Origin: Mustelus asterias
Lineage: Eukaryota
Assembly: GCF_964213995.1 (NCBI RefSeq)
Contig: NC_135830.1
Location: 6,262,001 to 6,326,000, forward strand
Reading direction: 5' to 3'
Length of the DNA stretch: 64,000 nucleotides
Below the pieces are notes generated by a model. That model was not told the origin of the DNA. It saw nothing but the letters and a program-made list of their open reading frames with translations, and made no database searches. Every line of letters starts with the position of its first letter. The stretch's first letter is position 1. The translations under genes and the position numbers were made by a program. Below are positions 12,576 to 25,442 of this stretch, in pieces.

Positions 12576-12930
12576 GGGGACGCGGTGGTATAGTGGTATC
12601 GTCACTGGACTAGCAATCCAGAGACCCAGGGTGATCCTCTGGGAACCCAGGTTCAAATTCCAGCGCGGCAGATGGTGAAATTTGAATTCAATAAAAATAT
12701 GGAATTAAATGTCTGATGATGACCATGAAACCATTGTCAATTGTTGTAAAAACCCATCTGGTTCACCATCTGATCCTTTAGGGAAGGAAATCTGCCATCC
12801 TTACCCGGTCTGGCCTACAATGTGACTCCAGATCCTCAGCAATGTGGTCGACTCTTAAATGCCCTCAGAGATGGGCAACAAATGCTGGCCCAGCCAGTGA
12901 CCCTCACATCCCATGGACGAATAAAAAAAG
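12576..12930 (+). mobile_element. Deu-domain SINE (SacSINE1-like)
   Basis: tRNA-like head; AAAAACCCATCTGGTTCAC...TTTAGGGAAGGAAATCTGCC...GGTCTGGCCTAC...GTGACTCCAGA core; GGGCAACAAATGCTGGCC tail and A-run. Confidence 0.75.
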
Positions 12931-13897
12931 ATTAACCCTCAGTCTGGTTCCCCTCAAACTGCTGAGTGAGTGAAGTTAATCTTCTTTCACAAATTACCAA
13001 GACATCAGACTATAAGTCAGGACATGAACATTATTTGTTGGTTACAAATTGCAGTTAAATTTGGCACACAGACCCTTTCTAGACATGTCTAAATGTAATC
13101 AGAGTTATCCTGCAGTTCAAAACTAATGGGGAGAACTAGTTCACAAAACAAGTAACCAAGATCCTACAGGATAGTCAGTGATTCACTGTAAGTCAGCCCT
13201 AATGGATGCTGAGTATTCATTACAGCAGGGACCAGAGTCTGAGGATATAAACTGTTAAATTTACTTTCAGAATAATTCCTTCAATATCTGACAAGTTAAT
13301 AACTTTGAACAACCTGTCAAACAGCTCAAAACAACATGTGATTACCAACATTCAGAGCTAACACAGTCTCATCCTAGAGCTGCAAGATTGGACTGTGATC
13401 TGTTTATTGTTCATCTTTATTTCAACACGGTTTCTAAATGATATAAATTTAAAATGAGGTTTGCAGACATGACGATCTATTGTTTGAGAGATGCGGTGGG
13501 GTACATGCTCAGTCTAACATGGGTAACTGACATTAGAGATCAGCTTCAACTGTCAGAATGAACATGTTTCAGTCCTGGATGGGATTAACAGCACCAATAC
13601 CTGCAAAATATAACTTCTGTAATCACTGTGAACTCGCTGCTGTGTCACCAGATGGGGTAGGTGAGAGAATCCACTTCCACACTGGGAACAGGTGAATGGT
13701 CTCTCCCCAGTGTGAATTTATTGGTGGGTCAGCAGGTTGGAGGATCGAGTGAATCTCTTCCCCCACTCGGAGCAGCTGAACGGTCTCTCCCGAGTGTGAA
13801 CTCGCTGGTGTCCAGTGAGATGAGATGATCGCTTGAATCCAGTCTTACTGTGAGAGCACCTGAATGGTCTCTCCTCAGTGTGAACACGTTGATGTTA

Positions 13898-14266
<369 letters not shown>

Positions 14267-14411
14267 CGTGTCTGAAGGTGGGGTTATGTCCTGAAACTCT
14301 TCCCACACTGTGAGCAGCTGAACGGTGATCTGCTGCTTCCGGCTTCTTCCCACAATCTCCAACAAAGAAAGCAGCTCCCTCCGCCAGCCACCCACACAAC
14401 CCGCCCAGATA

Positions 14412-14540
14412 GATAAAAGCAAAATACTGCGGATGCTGGAATTTCAAACAAAAACAGAAAATGCTGGAAAATCTCAGCAGGTCTGACAGCATCTGTGGCA
14501 AGCCAACGTTTTGAGTCTAGATGACCCTTCCTCAGAGCCG
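14412..14540 (-). mobile_element. Penelope terminal fragment with degenerate hammerhead
   Basis: Minus strand: CTGAGGA-AGGGTC-ATCTA-GACTC-AAAA-CGTT, then CAGATGCTGTCAGACCTGCTGAG...CCAGCATCCGCAGTATTT. Confidence 0.65.
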
Positions 14541-14999
14541 ATTGACTGCAGGTTCAGAGATGTGGATTCAGGGTTAGGGAAACTGGGAACTTGATCCAGT
14601 GGTCTAGCGGAAGGGAGGGAAACAGCAGAGGAATCTGATCAGATTGTCTCAATCTTAGTAACGAAGAAGCTCCATGAGCTCCTCACACTTGTTGGAGGTG
14701 AGGATGGAGGAGACAGGGGCGAGGGAGAGCCCTTCAAAAGAAACTAACTTGTTTCAGAGATATTGAAGAGTTGGCATTGTATTTAATACATAGTTGATTT
14801 ATTTGACATTTATTTTCAATTTCCTAAACCTAGTCTGAGAAGTCTCTCATTGGTCAGAATACGTCGCTTGTAGATCATTTCAAAGGTTTCTCCAGTGGGA
14901 ACTCAGTGTCCTTTCTGCTGAAATGACACTAAGTGAATCCCATCTGTCATTCGGGGCAGCTGAATGGTCTCTCCCCAGTGAGAAGCTGCTGTTTTGTCG

Positions 15000-15285
15000 G
15001 GGTGGCACGATAGCACAGTGGTTAGCACTGCTGCCTCAAAACGCCAGGGACCTGGGTTCAATTCCTGGTTTGGGTCACTGTCTGTGTGGCGTTTGCACGT
15101 TCTCCCCGTGTCTGCGTGGGTTTCCTCCGGGTGCTCTGGTTTCCTCCCACATTCTGAAAGACGTGCTGGTTAGGTGCATTGACCCGAGCAGGCACCGGAG
15201 TGTGGCAACTAGGGGATTTTCACAATAACTTCATTGCAGTGTTAATGTAAGCTAACTTGTGACGAATAAACTTTACTTTTTTCTA
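15000..15285 (+). mobile_element. HE1-head SINE with alternative tail
   Basis: GGGTGGCACGATAGCACAGTGGTTAGCACTGCTGCC head, V-domain and tail. Confidence 0.85.
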
Positions 15286-15287
15286 CT

Positions 15288-16223
15288 TTAGGAGGGTGGC
15301 TGTTGAGTGAATCCGTTCCCAAACATGGACAAAGTGAATGGTCTCTCCCCAGTGTGAGCTCGTTGGTGTCTCAACAGGTTGGATGACTGAGTGAATCTCT
15401 TCCCACACTTGGAGCAGGTGAACGGCCTTTCCCCAGTGTGACTGCGCTGGTGTGTAATGAGGTCAGATGATCGCCTGAACCCAGTCCCGCAGTGAGAGCA
15501 TCTGAACGGTCTCTCGTCAGTGTGAGTACGGCGATGGGACCCCAGGTCCCAGGAACTTTTAAAGCACTGCCCACAGTCCGAGCATTTAAAAGGTCTCTCA
15601 TCAGTGTGAACTTGCTGGTGCCTCTGTAGGTGGGATGACCGAGTGAATCCCTTCCCGCACATGGAGCAGGTAAAAGGCCTCTCCCCAGTGTGAATTCGCT
15701 GGTGTGTCAATAGGTCAGATGACAGAGTGAATCCCTTCCGACAATCAGAGCAGATGAACGGCCTCTCCCCAGTGTGAATTCGCTGGTGTGTTAGCAGGTC
15801 GGATGACCGAGTGAATCCCTTCCCACACACAGAGCAGGTGAAGATCCACTCCCCAGTGTGAAATCGCCGATGTGTCAACAGATTGGTAGAATTAATGAAT
15901 GCTTTTCCACACTGAGAGCAGGTGAACGGTCTCTCCCCAGTGTGAACTCGCTGGTGTGTCCGCAGCGTTGATGACTGAGTGAATCCTTTCCCACACACAC
16001 GGCAGGTGAATGGCCTCTCCCGAGTGTGAATGCGTCGATGAGTCTCCAGCTTAGATTGGTAATTGAATCCCTTCTCACAGTCCCCACATTTCCATGATTT
16101 TTCCTTGTTGTGACTGCATTTATGTTCTAACAGGTCAGATGATTGGTTGAAGCCTCGTCCACACACAGAACATATGCACAGATTCTCCCCACTGTGAATG
16201 GTGCTTTTTCCTTCCAACTTCAA
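15288..16223 (-). CDS. C2H2 zinc-finger ORF, 10 fingers plus a degenerate eleventh; no ATG before the first finger (possible pseudogene)
   Basis: Open frame of 311 codons starting at TTG. Acceptor TTTCACAG at ~16321. The 3' end is truncated at a SINE. Confidence 0.7.
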   Translation of the reverse strand: MKLEGKSTIHSGENLCICSVCGRGFNQSSDLLEHKCSHNKEKSWKCGDCEKGFNYQSKLETHRRIHTRERPFTCRVCGKGFTQSSTLRTHQRVHTGERPFTCSQCGKAFINSTNLLTHRRFHTGEWIFTCSVCGKGFTRSSDLLTHQRIHTGERPFICSDCRKGFTLSSDLLTHQRIHTGERPFTCSMCGKGFTRSSHLQRHQQVHTDERPFKCSDCGQCFKSSWDLGSHRRTHTDERPFRCSHCGTGFRRSSDLITHQRSHTGERPFTCSKCGKRFTQSSNLLRHQRAHTGERPFTLSMFGNGFTQQPPS

Positions 16224-16499
16224 AATCCAATGATATTCTGGTTAAAATGAGCGACTGTCAGATCTTGATGTAATGCTCACAGTGAGCTTCGTGACTGCAA
16301 ATCCTCCTGTTCTAATCCCCTGTGAAATTGATTTAAAATAGAAAAAAAAGGGAATGAGAGAGAATCCACAAAAACACAAACACAGGTCATGAAATTGAGG
16401 CCAGCACTAGGAAACAGTGACCATTAAAACTGGTGCGTTGTCATAACCCAACTGATTCACTCATGTCCTTCACGGAAGGAAACCCGCCACTTGGTCTAA

Positions 16500-16802
16500 A
16501 GTTTTAAAGTTTATTCATTTGTGTCACAAGTAGGCTTACATTAACACTGCAATGAAGTTACTGTGAAAATCCCCTAGTTGCCACACCCGGCGCCTGTTCA
16601 GGTACACTGAAGGAAAATTTAGCATGGCCAATGCACCTAACCAGCATGTCTTTCGGACTGTGGGAGGAAACCAGAGAACCCAGAGGAAACCCACGCAGAC
16701 ATGGGGAGAATGTGCAGACTCCATGCAGAAAGTGACCAAAGCCAGGATTCAAACCCAGGTCCCTAGCGCTGTGAGGCAGCAGTGCTAACCACTGTGCCAC
16801 CC
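16500..16802 (-). mobile_element. HE1-head SINE with alternative tail
   Basis: Near-complete copy on the minus strand. Confidence 0.85.
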
Positions 16803-17149
16803 GATCTAGAATGTAACCTCAATGGGAGGAGGAGAGTTGGGGTGGGGGAGAGGGCCTGGGTAAGACACTCTGTCACAAAGTCGGTGCAGACTTGATGGGC
16901 TGAATAGCCTCCTTCTGCACTGTAGGGATTCTATGAATGGACTCAAGGCTGGGTGAAGCATATTTTTAACCCACACGGGAGCCAAGGGTTACCAGTGGTG
17001 TGGGTATGCAGGGCAGGGTCAGGAAAGTTGTGTGCACACAAGCCATGATCTTGTTGAATTGAAAGTATTATTGATGGACCAAATGGCCTCTTCCTGATCC
17101 TAATTCTGATGTTCCTCTGATGGAGGGATACGTGGCCATGAGCAGATGG

Positions 17150-20100
17150 TGACCCTGAGCCCAGACCCGTCGCCACGTCCTGAGCCCGGGCCCGTCGCCG
17201 TGCCCTGAACCCGGGCCTGTCACCGCACCCTGAACCCAGGCCCCGAACCCAGGCCCATTACTGTGCCCTGAACCCGAGCCTGTCGCCGCGCCCTGAACCC
17301 AAGCCTGTCGCCGCGCCCTGAACCCGGGCCTGTCACCGCGCCCTGAACCTGGGCCTGTCACCGCGCCCTGAACCCAGGCCCCGAACCCGGGCCCATCACC
17401 GCGCCCTGAACCTGAGCCTGTTGCCGCGCCCTGAACCCAGGCCCATCACTGCGCCCTGAACCCGAGCCTGTCACCGTGCCCCGAACCCGGGCCTGTCGCC
17501 GCGCCCTGAACCCGAGCCTGTCACCGCGCCCTGAACCCGAGCCTGTCACCGTGCCCCGAACCCGGGCCTGTCGCCGCGCCCTGAACCCGGGCCTGTCGCC
17601 GCGCCCTGAACCCAGGCCTGTCACCGCGCCCTGAACCCGGGCCTGTCGCCGCGCCCTGAACCCAGGCCTGTCACCGTGCCCCGAACCCGGGCCTGTCGCC
17701 GCGCCCTGAACCCGGGCCTGTCACCGTGCCCCGAACCCGGGCCTGTCGCCGCGCCCTGAACCCGGGCCTGTCGCCGCGCCCTGAACCCGGGCCTGTCACC
17801 GCGCCCTGAACCCGGGCCCATCACCGCGCCCTGAACCCGGGCCCATCACCGCGCCCTGAACCTGAGCCTGTCGCCGCGCCCTGAACCTGGGCCTGTTACC
17901 GCGCCCTGAACCTGAGCCTTTCGCCGCGCCCTGAACCCGGGCCTGTTACCGCGCCCTGAACCCGAGCCCCGAACCTGGGCCCATCACCGTGCCCTGAACC
18001 CGAGCCTGTCGTCGCGCCCTGAACCCGAGCCTGTCGCCGCGTCCTGAACCCGAGCCTGTCGCCGCGTCCTGAACCCGAGCCTGTCACCGTGCCCTGAACC
18101 CGAGCCTGTCGTCGCGCCCTGAACCCGAGCCTGTCGCCGTGCCCTGAACCCGAGCCTGTCGCCACGTCCTGAACCCGAGCCTGTCGCCGCGTCCTGAACC
18201 CGAGCCTGTCGCTGCGCCCTGAACCCGAGCCTGTCGCCGTGCCCTGAACCCGGGCCTGTCACCGCACCCTGAACCCGGGCCTGTCACCGCGCCCTGAACC
18301 CGAGCCTGTCGCTGCGCCCTGAACCCGAGCCTGTCGCCGTGCCCTGAACCCGGGCCTGTCACCGCACCCTGAACCCGAGCCTGTCACCGCGCCCTGAACC
18401 CGAGCCTGTCGCCGCGCCCTGAACCCGAGCCTGTCACCGCGTCCTGAACCCGGGCCTGTCACCGCGTCCTGAACCCGGGCCTGTCACCGCGCCCTGAACC
18501 TGAGCCTGTCGCCGCGCCCTGAACCTGAGCCTGTCACCGCGCCCTGAACCCGGGCCCGTCACCGTGCCCTGAACCCGGGCCTGTCACCGCGCCCTGAACC
18601 TGAGCCTGTCGCCGCGCCCTGAACCTGAGCCTGTCGCCGCGCCCTGAACCCGAGCCTGTCGCCGTGCCCTGAACCCGAGCCTGTCGCCGCGCCCTGAACC
18701 CGAGCCTGTCGCCGCGCCCTGAACCCGAGCCTGTCGCCGTGCCCTGAACCCGAGCCTGTCGCCGCGCCCTGAACCCGAGCCTGTCGCCGCGCCCTGAACC
18801 CGAGCCTGTCGCCGCGTCCTGAACCCGAGCCTGTCGCCGTGCCCTGAACCCGAGCCTGTCGCCGCGCCCTGAACCCGAGCCTGTCGCCCTGCCCTGAACC
18901 CGAGCCTGTCGCCGCGCCCTGAACCCGAGCCTGTCGCCGCGCCCTGAACCCGAGCCTGTCGCCGCGTCCTGAACCCGAGCCTGTCGCCGCGTCCTGAACC
19001 CGAGCCTGTCGCCGCGCCCTGAACCCGAGCCTGTCGCCGCGTCCTGAACCCGGGCCTGTCACCGCGCCCTGAACCTGGGCCCCGAACCCGGGTCCTGAAC
19101 CCGGGCCCGTCACCGTGCCCTGAACCCGAGCCTGTCACCGTGCCCTGAACCCGAGCCTGTCACCGCGCCCTGAACCCGGGCCCGTCACCGTGCCCTGAAC
19201 CTGAGCCTGTCACCGCGCCCTGAACCCGGGCCCGTCACCGTGCCCTGAACCCGGGCCTGTCACCGCGCCCTGAACCCGAGCCTGTCACCGTGCCCTGAAC
19301 CCGAGCCTGTCACCGCGCCCTGAACCCGGGCCCGTCACCGTGCCCTGAACCTGAGCCTGTCACCGCGCCCTGAACCCGAGCCTGTCACCGTGCCCTGAAC
19401 CCGAGCCTGTCACCGCGCCCTGAACCCGGGCCCGTCACCGTGCCCTGAACCCGAGCCTGTCGCCGCGTCCTGAACCCGAGCCTGTCGCCGCGTCCTGAAC
19501 CCGAGCCTGTCGCCGTGCCCTGAACCCGGGCCCGTCACCGCGCCCTGAACCTGGGCCCCGAACCCGGGTCCTGAACCCGGGCCCGTCACCGTGCCCTGAA
19601 CCCGAGCCTGTCGCCGCGTCCCGAACCCGGGCCTTTCACCGCGCCCTGAACCCGGGCCCCGAACCCGGGCCCGTCACCGTGCCCTGAACCTGGGCCCCGA
19701 ACCCGGGTCCTGAACCCGGGCCTGTCACCGTGCCCTGAACCCGAGCCTGTCACCGCGCCCTGAACCCGGGCCCGTCACCGTGCCCTGAACCCGAGCCTGT
19801 CACCGCGCCCTGAACCCGGGCCCGTCACCGTGCCCTGAACCTGAGCCTGTCACCGCGCCCTGAACCCGGGCCCGTCACCGTGCCCTGAACCCGAGCCTGT
19901 CACCGCGCCCTGAACCCGGGCCCGTCACCGTGCCCTGAACCTGAGCCTGTCACCGCGCCCTGAACCCGGGCCCGTCACCGTGCCCTGAACCTGAGCCTGT
20001 CACCGCGCCCTGAACCCGGGCCCGTCACCGTGCCCTGAACCCGAGCCTGTCACCGCGCCCTGAACCCGGGCCCGTCACCGTGCCCTGAACCCGAGCCTGT

Positions 20101-21404
20101 CGCCGCGCCCTGAACCCGAGCCTGTCGCCGCGTCCTGAACCCGAGCCTGTCGCCGTGCCCTGAACCCGGGCCTGTCACCGCGCCCTGAACCTGGGCCCCG
20201 AACCCGGGTCCTGAACCCGGGCCCGTCACCGTGCCCTGAACCCGAGCCTGTCGCCGCGTCCTGAACCCGGGCCCGTCACCGCGCCCTGAACCTGGGCCCC
20301 GAACCCGGGTCCTGAACCCGGGCCCGTCACCGTGCCCTGAACCCGAGCCTGTCGCCGCGTCCCGAACCCGGGCCTTTCACCGCGCCCTGAACCCGGGCCC
20401 CGAACCCGGGCCTGTCACCGTGCCCTGAACCTGGGCCCCGAACCCGGGTCCTGAACCCGGGCCCGTCACCGTGCCCTGAACCTGGGCCCCGAACCCGGGT
20501 CCTGAACCCGGGCCTGTCACCGTGCCCTGAACCCGAGCCTGTCACCGCGCCCTGAACCCGGGCCCGTCACCGTGCCCTGAACCTGAGCCTGTCACCGCGC
20601 CCTGAACCCGGGCCCGTCACCGTGCCCTGAACCCGAGCCTGTCACCGCGCCCTGAACCCGGGCCCGTCACCGTGCCCTGAACCTGAGCCTGTCACCGCGC
20701 CCTGAACCCGGGCCCGTCACCGTGCCCTGAACCCGAGCCTGTCACCGCGCCCTGAACCCGGGCCCGTCACCGTGCCCTGAACCTGAGCCTGTCACCGCGC
20801 CCTGAACCCGGGCCCGTCACCGTGCCCTGAACCTGAGCCTGTCACCGCGCCCTGAACCCGGGCCCGTCACCGTGCCCTGAACCTGAGCCTGTCACCGCGC
20901 CCTGAACCCGGGCCCGTCACCGTGCCCTGAACCTGAGCCTGTCACCGCGCCCTGAACCCGGGCCCGTCACCGTGCCCTGAACCTGAGCCTGTCACCGCGC
21001 CCTGAACCCGGGCCCGTCACCGTGCCCTGAACCTGAGCCTGTCACCGCGCCCTGAACCCGGGCCCGTCACCGTGCCCTGAACCTGAGCCTGTCACCGCGC
21101 CCTGAACCCGGGCCCGTCACCGTGCCCTGAACCTGAGCCTGTCACCGCGCCCTGAACCCGGGCCCGTCACCGTGCCCTGAACCTGAGCCTGTCACCGCGC
21201 CCTGAACCCGGGCCCGTCACCGTGCCCTGAACCTGAGCCTGTCACCGCGCCCTGAACCCGGGCCCGTCACCGTGCCCTGAACCTGAGCCTGTCACCGCGC
21301 CCTGAACCCGGGCCCGTCACCGTGCCCTGAACCTGAGCCTGTCACCGCGCCCTGAACCCGGGCCCGTCACCGTGCCCTGAACCTGAGCCTGTCACCGCGC
21401 CCTG
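17150..21404. repeat. GC-rich 25-bp minisatellite (~170 units), with a 50-bp higher-order dimer in the distal ~0.9 kb
   Basis: Unit CCCTGAACCYGRGCCYGTCRCCGYG. The 25-aa period in the ORF track equals 3 units. Confidence 0.97.
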
Positions 21405-21435
21405 TGCTCAGACTGAGGAGACAATCAATGATTTT

Positions 21436-21850
21436 CTCACCTGGTCACTGGGACCCTGAAACCCCGCCCACTATCTATTGCGTCACGGGGATAGCCACGC
21501 ATGCGCTCTGCTCCCTGCTGAACAAAGATGGCGGCGGCGGCACTGGGCCTGATCCCGGGAAAATCACCTCTGCTAAACACCCGAGACCCGCAGGCTCTTA
21601 TTCCAGCCTTGCGGCCTACAGTGGGTGTTTGTGAAGCCTCCGCTCCCTCCCCACCCCGAATCCCGGCTCCATTCCTCCCTCCGCCCCACCGACTCTCACC
21701 ACCTGAAAAAACGCGTCTCATACACTCGGAGCAAAATGATACCGCGCATGCGTCCGAAAAGAGCACCACGCCTGCGCACTGGACTCCTGTGGAATGAATA
21801 GGGCACTTTCACATCCGCAACGAATGTTGGGTAATAGCAGCGCCATTGAA
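21436..21850. promoter_or_regulatory. CpG-rich promoter/exon 1, probably for the minus ZNF at 15.3-16.3 kb
   Basis: Minus-strand donor CAG|GTGAG at 21441/21440, GC box, YY1 AAGATGGCGG at ~21525, and NRF1-like CGCATGCG at ~21498 and ~21745. Confidence 0.65.
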
Positions 21851-21924
21851 TAATGAACTTGAGGATCAAAATAACGTCACCCAATTAAGAAAAATTACTT
21901 TTTAAAAACTCACACATTTCGGCA

Positions 21925-22227
21925 ATTAAGGACCCCACGCACCCCAGACATTCTCTCTTCCACCTTCTTCCGTCGGGAAAAGATACAAAAGTCTGAGGTC
22001 ACGTACCATCCGACTCAAGAACAGCTTCTTCCCTGCTGCTGTCAGACTTTTGCATGGACCTACCTCGCATTAAGTTGATCTTTCTCTACACCCGAGCTAT
22101 GACTGTAATACTAGAGTCTGCACTCTCTCCTTTCCTTCTCTATGAACGGTATGCTTTGTCTGTATAGCCGCACAAGAAGCAATACTTTTCACTGTATCCC
22201 AATACATGTGACAATCAAATCAAATCA
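21925..22227 (+). mobile_element. Rex1/Babar-type LINE 3' end
   Basis: Same family as 8790-9495, with an (ATCAA)n tail. Confidence 0.75.
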
Positions 22228-22760
22228 CCCACTGCTTCCTCACGGCAGAAAGGAAACCACTCGCTCACTAATTCAAACTCTAAGTGATTATAGGTATTGC
22301 CAGTAAGAGTCCAGGATAAATTGTTATTTGTAAAGTGAAAATACATGAGCAGCAGGAGTTAGTGAGGAGGGTGATGGTAATAACCAGGAAAAAGTGTTTC
22401 AGAGGGGATTCCTTGGTATCCACCCAAAACAGTCATTGTCACAGTTAAACCTTATTTAAACACTTGTCAGGCCATGGACCCTGGTGTGACTGTGGTCAAA
22501 GAGACTGTATACCATTGGAAAGACTTTCCCTCATCGTTCACAGCAAATAAGGACTTACCCGTCCTGCCCGATGAGAGTTTCTATCACAAAGCTATCTCTA
22601 ATTTGACTTGGGCCACACCTTAGAAAATAATTAATTTTGTTTATGCATCAAATTGAACAGATTTCTCTTTCCAGTCTTCAATATGTTAGTTGATTATTGT
22701 TGTAGATAAAGATACCTCTGTCTATTCGTAGGTCAAAATACATTGGTTTATTTTCACAAT

Positions 22761-23360
22761 TGTGGGAGACCGTCCGATGCCTAACACGGCCGCAGACCTC
22801 TCAGCAAATACAGGTTAAGAACATACATTTATACCCTTCCTTGCACGTCCGCAGTTTCCCAGGCCTCACAGGTTCCCAGGCTGTTGCTTGTGAACCTTGC
22901 TGCCTTGGGGTTTTCTTCACGGTTATCCCAAGGCCGTGAGTGTTGTTGTTCTCTGTGAGCACAGGTGGGGTATCTTACTAACATACAAGGTTCCAGTCTT
23001 CGTACAAACAAGTTAATTGGCATACAACAATTTATATACATTCGTAGGTACTTGTATAATGTATATCGGTACAGGCTATGAATATATATGAAGATATCAT
23101 TATACGTCACAGAAGGCCGACATGTAGGTTTCCACTGTTACACAGCAATACGTAATTAAAGAATACAAAATGGTGGGTTAGCCACATTCTTGAACAGAAA
23201 AACTTACAACAGCTGTGCTCTTATCTGTTCTTGGATACATGTGCATGAAAACACCCGAACGTAAACATGAGTTTGACAGTATTTCTCACAATCCCTAAAT
23301 ATCACAGAATTCACTTTGACACTGTAGGTATTAGAGTTCATTAACCCATTCCCGACTTCA
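22761..23360 (-). mobile_element. Endogenous retrovirus 3' LTR (600 bp)
   Basis: On minus it begins TG immediately after the polypurine tract AAAAGGGGGGAG (23361-23372) and ends ...TCTCCCACA at 22761. It lies directly downstream of env. Confidence 0.8.
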
Positions 23361-23413
23361 CTCCCCCCTTTTGGTCGGGTGCCAGGTGGTCCACACATGG
23401 CCCCATGACCAAT

Positions 23414-24612
23414 TCAGAACCACATGTTATCGGCGAATCGGCCTAGCTCCAGCTCCTTTGTCGGGGGGCCTGCCCCCTCTGCCTGTACACTGGTGCCCGC
23501 TGTTACTGTTTTGCAACAGGCGTTCAATAATGCCATACAAACACAGCAAGTAATTACAAATACAATTAATACAATCAATCCATGCACCAGGTACGCACCC
23601 CATGACCCGAACCATTGCCCCAGCCATCCCAGAAGGTTATAATTGTGATATTGGTTCCCCTCAGCCTGTATTGTTTTCGCCACGTGTTTAATATAAGAAC
23701 ATAAGAAATAGGAGCAGGAGTAGGCCATCTAGCCCCTCGAGCCTGCCCCGCCATTCAATAAGATCATGGCTGATCTGACGTGGATCAGTACCACTTACCC
23801 GCCTGATCCCCATAACCCTTAATTCCCTTACCGCTCAGGAATCCATCCGCGCTTTAAACATATTCAGCGAGGTAGCCTCCACCACCTCAGTGGGCAGAGA
23901 ATTCCAGAGATTCACCACCCTCTGGGAGAAGAAGTTCCTCCTCAACTCTGTCTTAAACCGACCCCCCTTTATTTTGAGGCTGTGTCCTCTAGTTTTAACT
24001 TCCTTACTAAGTGGAAAGAATCTCTCCGCCTCCACCCTATCCAGCCCCCGCATTATCTTATAAGTCTCCATAAGATCCCCCCTCATCCTTCTAAACTCCA
24101 ACGAGTACAAACCCAATCTCCTCAGCCTCTCCTCATAATCCAAACCCCTCATCTCCGGTATCAACCTGGTGAACCTTCTCTGTACTCCCTCCAATGCCAA
24201 TATATCCTTCCTCATATAAGGGGACCAATACTGCACACAGTATTCCAGCTGCGGCCTCACCAATGCCCTGTACAGGTGCATCAAGACATCCCTGCTTTTA
24301 TATTATATATTTATTATATATTATATATTTATGATCTGCTAAGTGAGTTATATTCTGCGAAGCATCGGGAATATACGTACACCATTCCGAGCCAACTATA
24401 TTCCACCTCGGGAGGCGAGCACATAATCGAGTGCCAATCGGTTCTGTAACGCCACAGTCTGAATAGCTACGACCACTGCTGATGTTTCAGAGACGGCCGT
24501 GCTCACCTCCTCCAACTCGTCCTTAGTCGCATTAGCAATTCTCTCTAGGGTCGAGGCCATCCGTATAAGTTCTTGTGCTGCCTTTGCTGTCCCACAAAGT
24601 GGGTAGGCTATC
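23414..24612 (-). pseudogene. env: ERV env transmembrane subunit remnant (gamma-type), split by a CR1 insertion
   Basis: Immunosuppressive domain LQNRLALDYVLASRGG, a degenerate CX6CC (IVGSEWCTYIPD in a shifted frame), a hydrophobic TM segment LVHGLIVLIVFVITCCVCMALL, and a cytoplasmic tail. Confidence 0.88.
23693..24302 (-). mobile_element. CR1 3' fragment inserted in env
   Basis: ORF 23835-24284 (LVRPQLEYC...RGDL...WNSLP) and a (TTCTTATG/TTCTTATA)-type tail at 23693. Confidence 0.9.
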
Positions 24613-24654
24613 ATGATGAACTGTTCTGTCTCACAAATGGCTCGCTTAGCCCCA

Positions 24655-25440
24655 AGGGTGTTGGGGCCTCCAGAGGGTGTTTGTGAATCCTCCCCGCCCA
24701 CCTCCCAGGGTTTCCTTCCTTCCCAGAGATCAGAATCCTCATTGATTTGAGGCCAAAGTGTAACCTCTTATTTATTGTCCCCCTCCCCCATCCTCTGATG
24801 TGAACCATCCTCCAGTGGCTGAGCCAGGATGGGGCCGTTAACCTGGGCCTGTTCCCGGGAGGGAGGGAGGGAGGGAGGGAGAAGCCCCGCAGCTGCAAAC
24901 CAGGGAGCTGACAATGATTCTGAAGGGTTTGCGGATCCACAAAGTGTTTCCAAATCCTCCCAGCCACCGCCTAACGCTGACTCCGCTTCTCCGGGACAAA
25001 CAAGCGCCAAGGCCAGCAATGACACTGCGCATGCTCCACATCACAATGCCCACGGACTGATTGACGGCAGCTCCAGACCAATAGGAAAAGGGGGCGGGGG
25101 TGGAGAACCAAGCGGGAGTGGCTGGTCCTCCAACCAATCAGAGTGAATGAGGGGCGGGACCTGAAGCATGCGCAGTGCGGGTAATGGCGCGGACGGTCGG
25201 TTTTAATTTGGAAGCGAGATCAATACGAGGTAGAGGGCGGCGTGCAGGGAATGATAAATGTGGCGGGTGGGTGGAGAGGCTTTGTAAACATGTTGTTCAA
25301 ACCCAAACCCCGGAAATGAACTTCCCGGTCCCCCCCTTTGTACCAAATGGAGTGGTGGCTTGTCGTGTTAGACCCGGGCTGACTGCCGCCATAGAGGCTG
25401 CATGTGGGAGGCCGGCAGGGATTGTGATCGGAGAGTGAAG
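24655..25440 (-). promoter_or_regulatory. ZNF promoter/exon-1 module; 24655-25145 is an inverted near-copy of ~47060-47530
   Basis: Near-identical translated segments in the ORF track (24611-24967 minus vs 47226-47640 plus). Contains CCAAT boxes, GC boxes and GCATGCGCA. Confidence 0.75.
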
Positions 25441-25442
25441 CC

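Noticed and set aside
17068-20545. Many Gly/Arg-rich ORFs on the minus strand
   Set aside because: They are translations of the 25-bp minisatellite, open in all three frames in rotation, with GTG starts.
17150-21404. Interstitial telomeric repeat
   Set aside because: CCCTGAA resembles CCCTAA, but the period is 25 bp and there are no TTAGGG runs.
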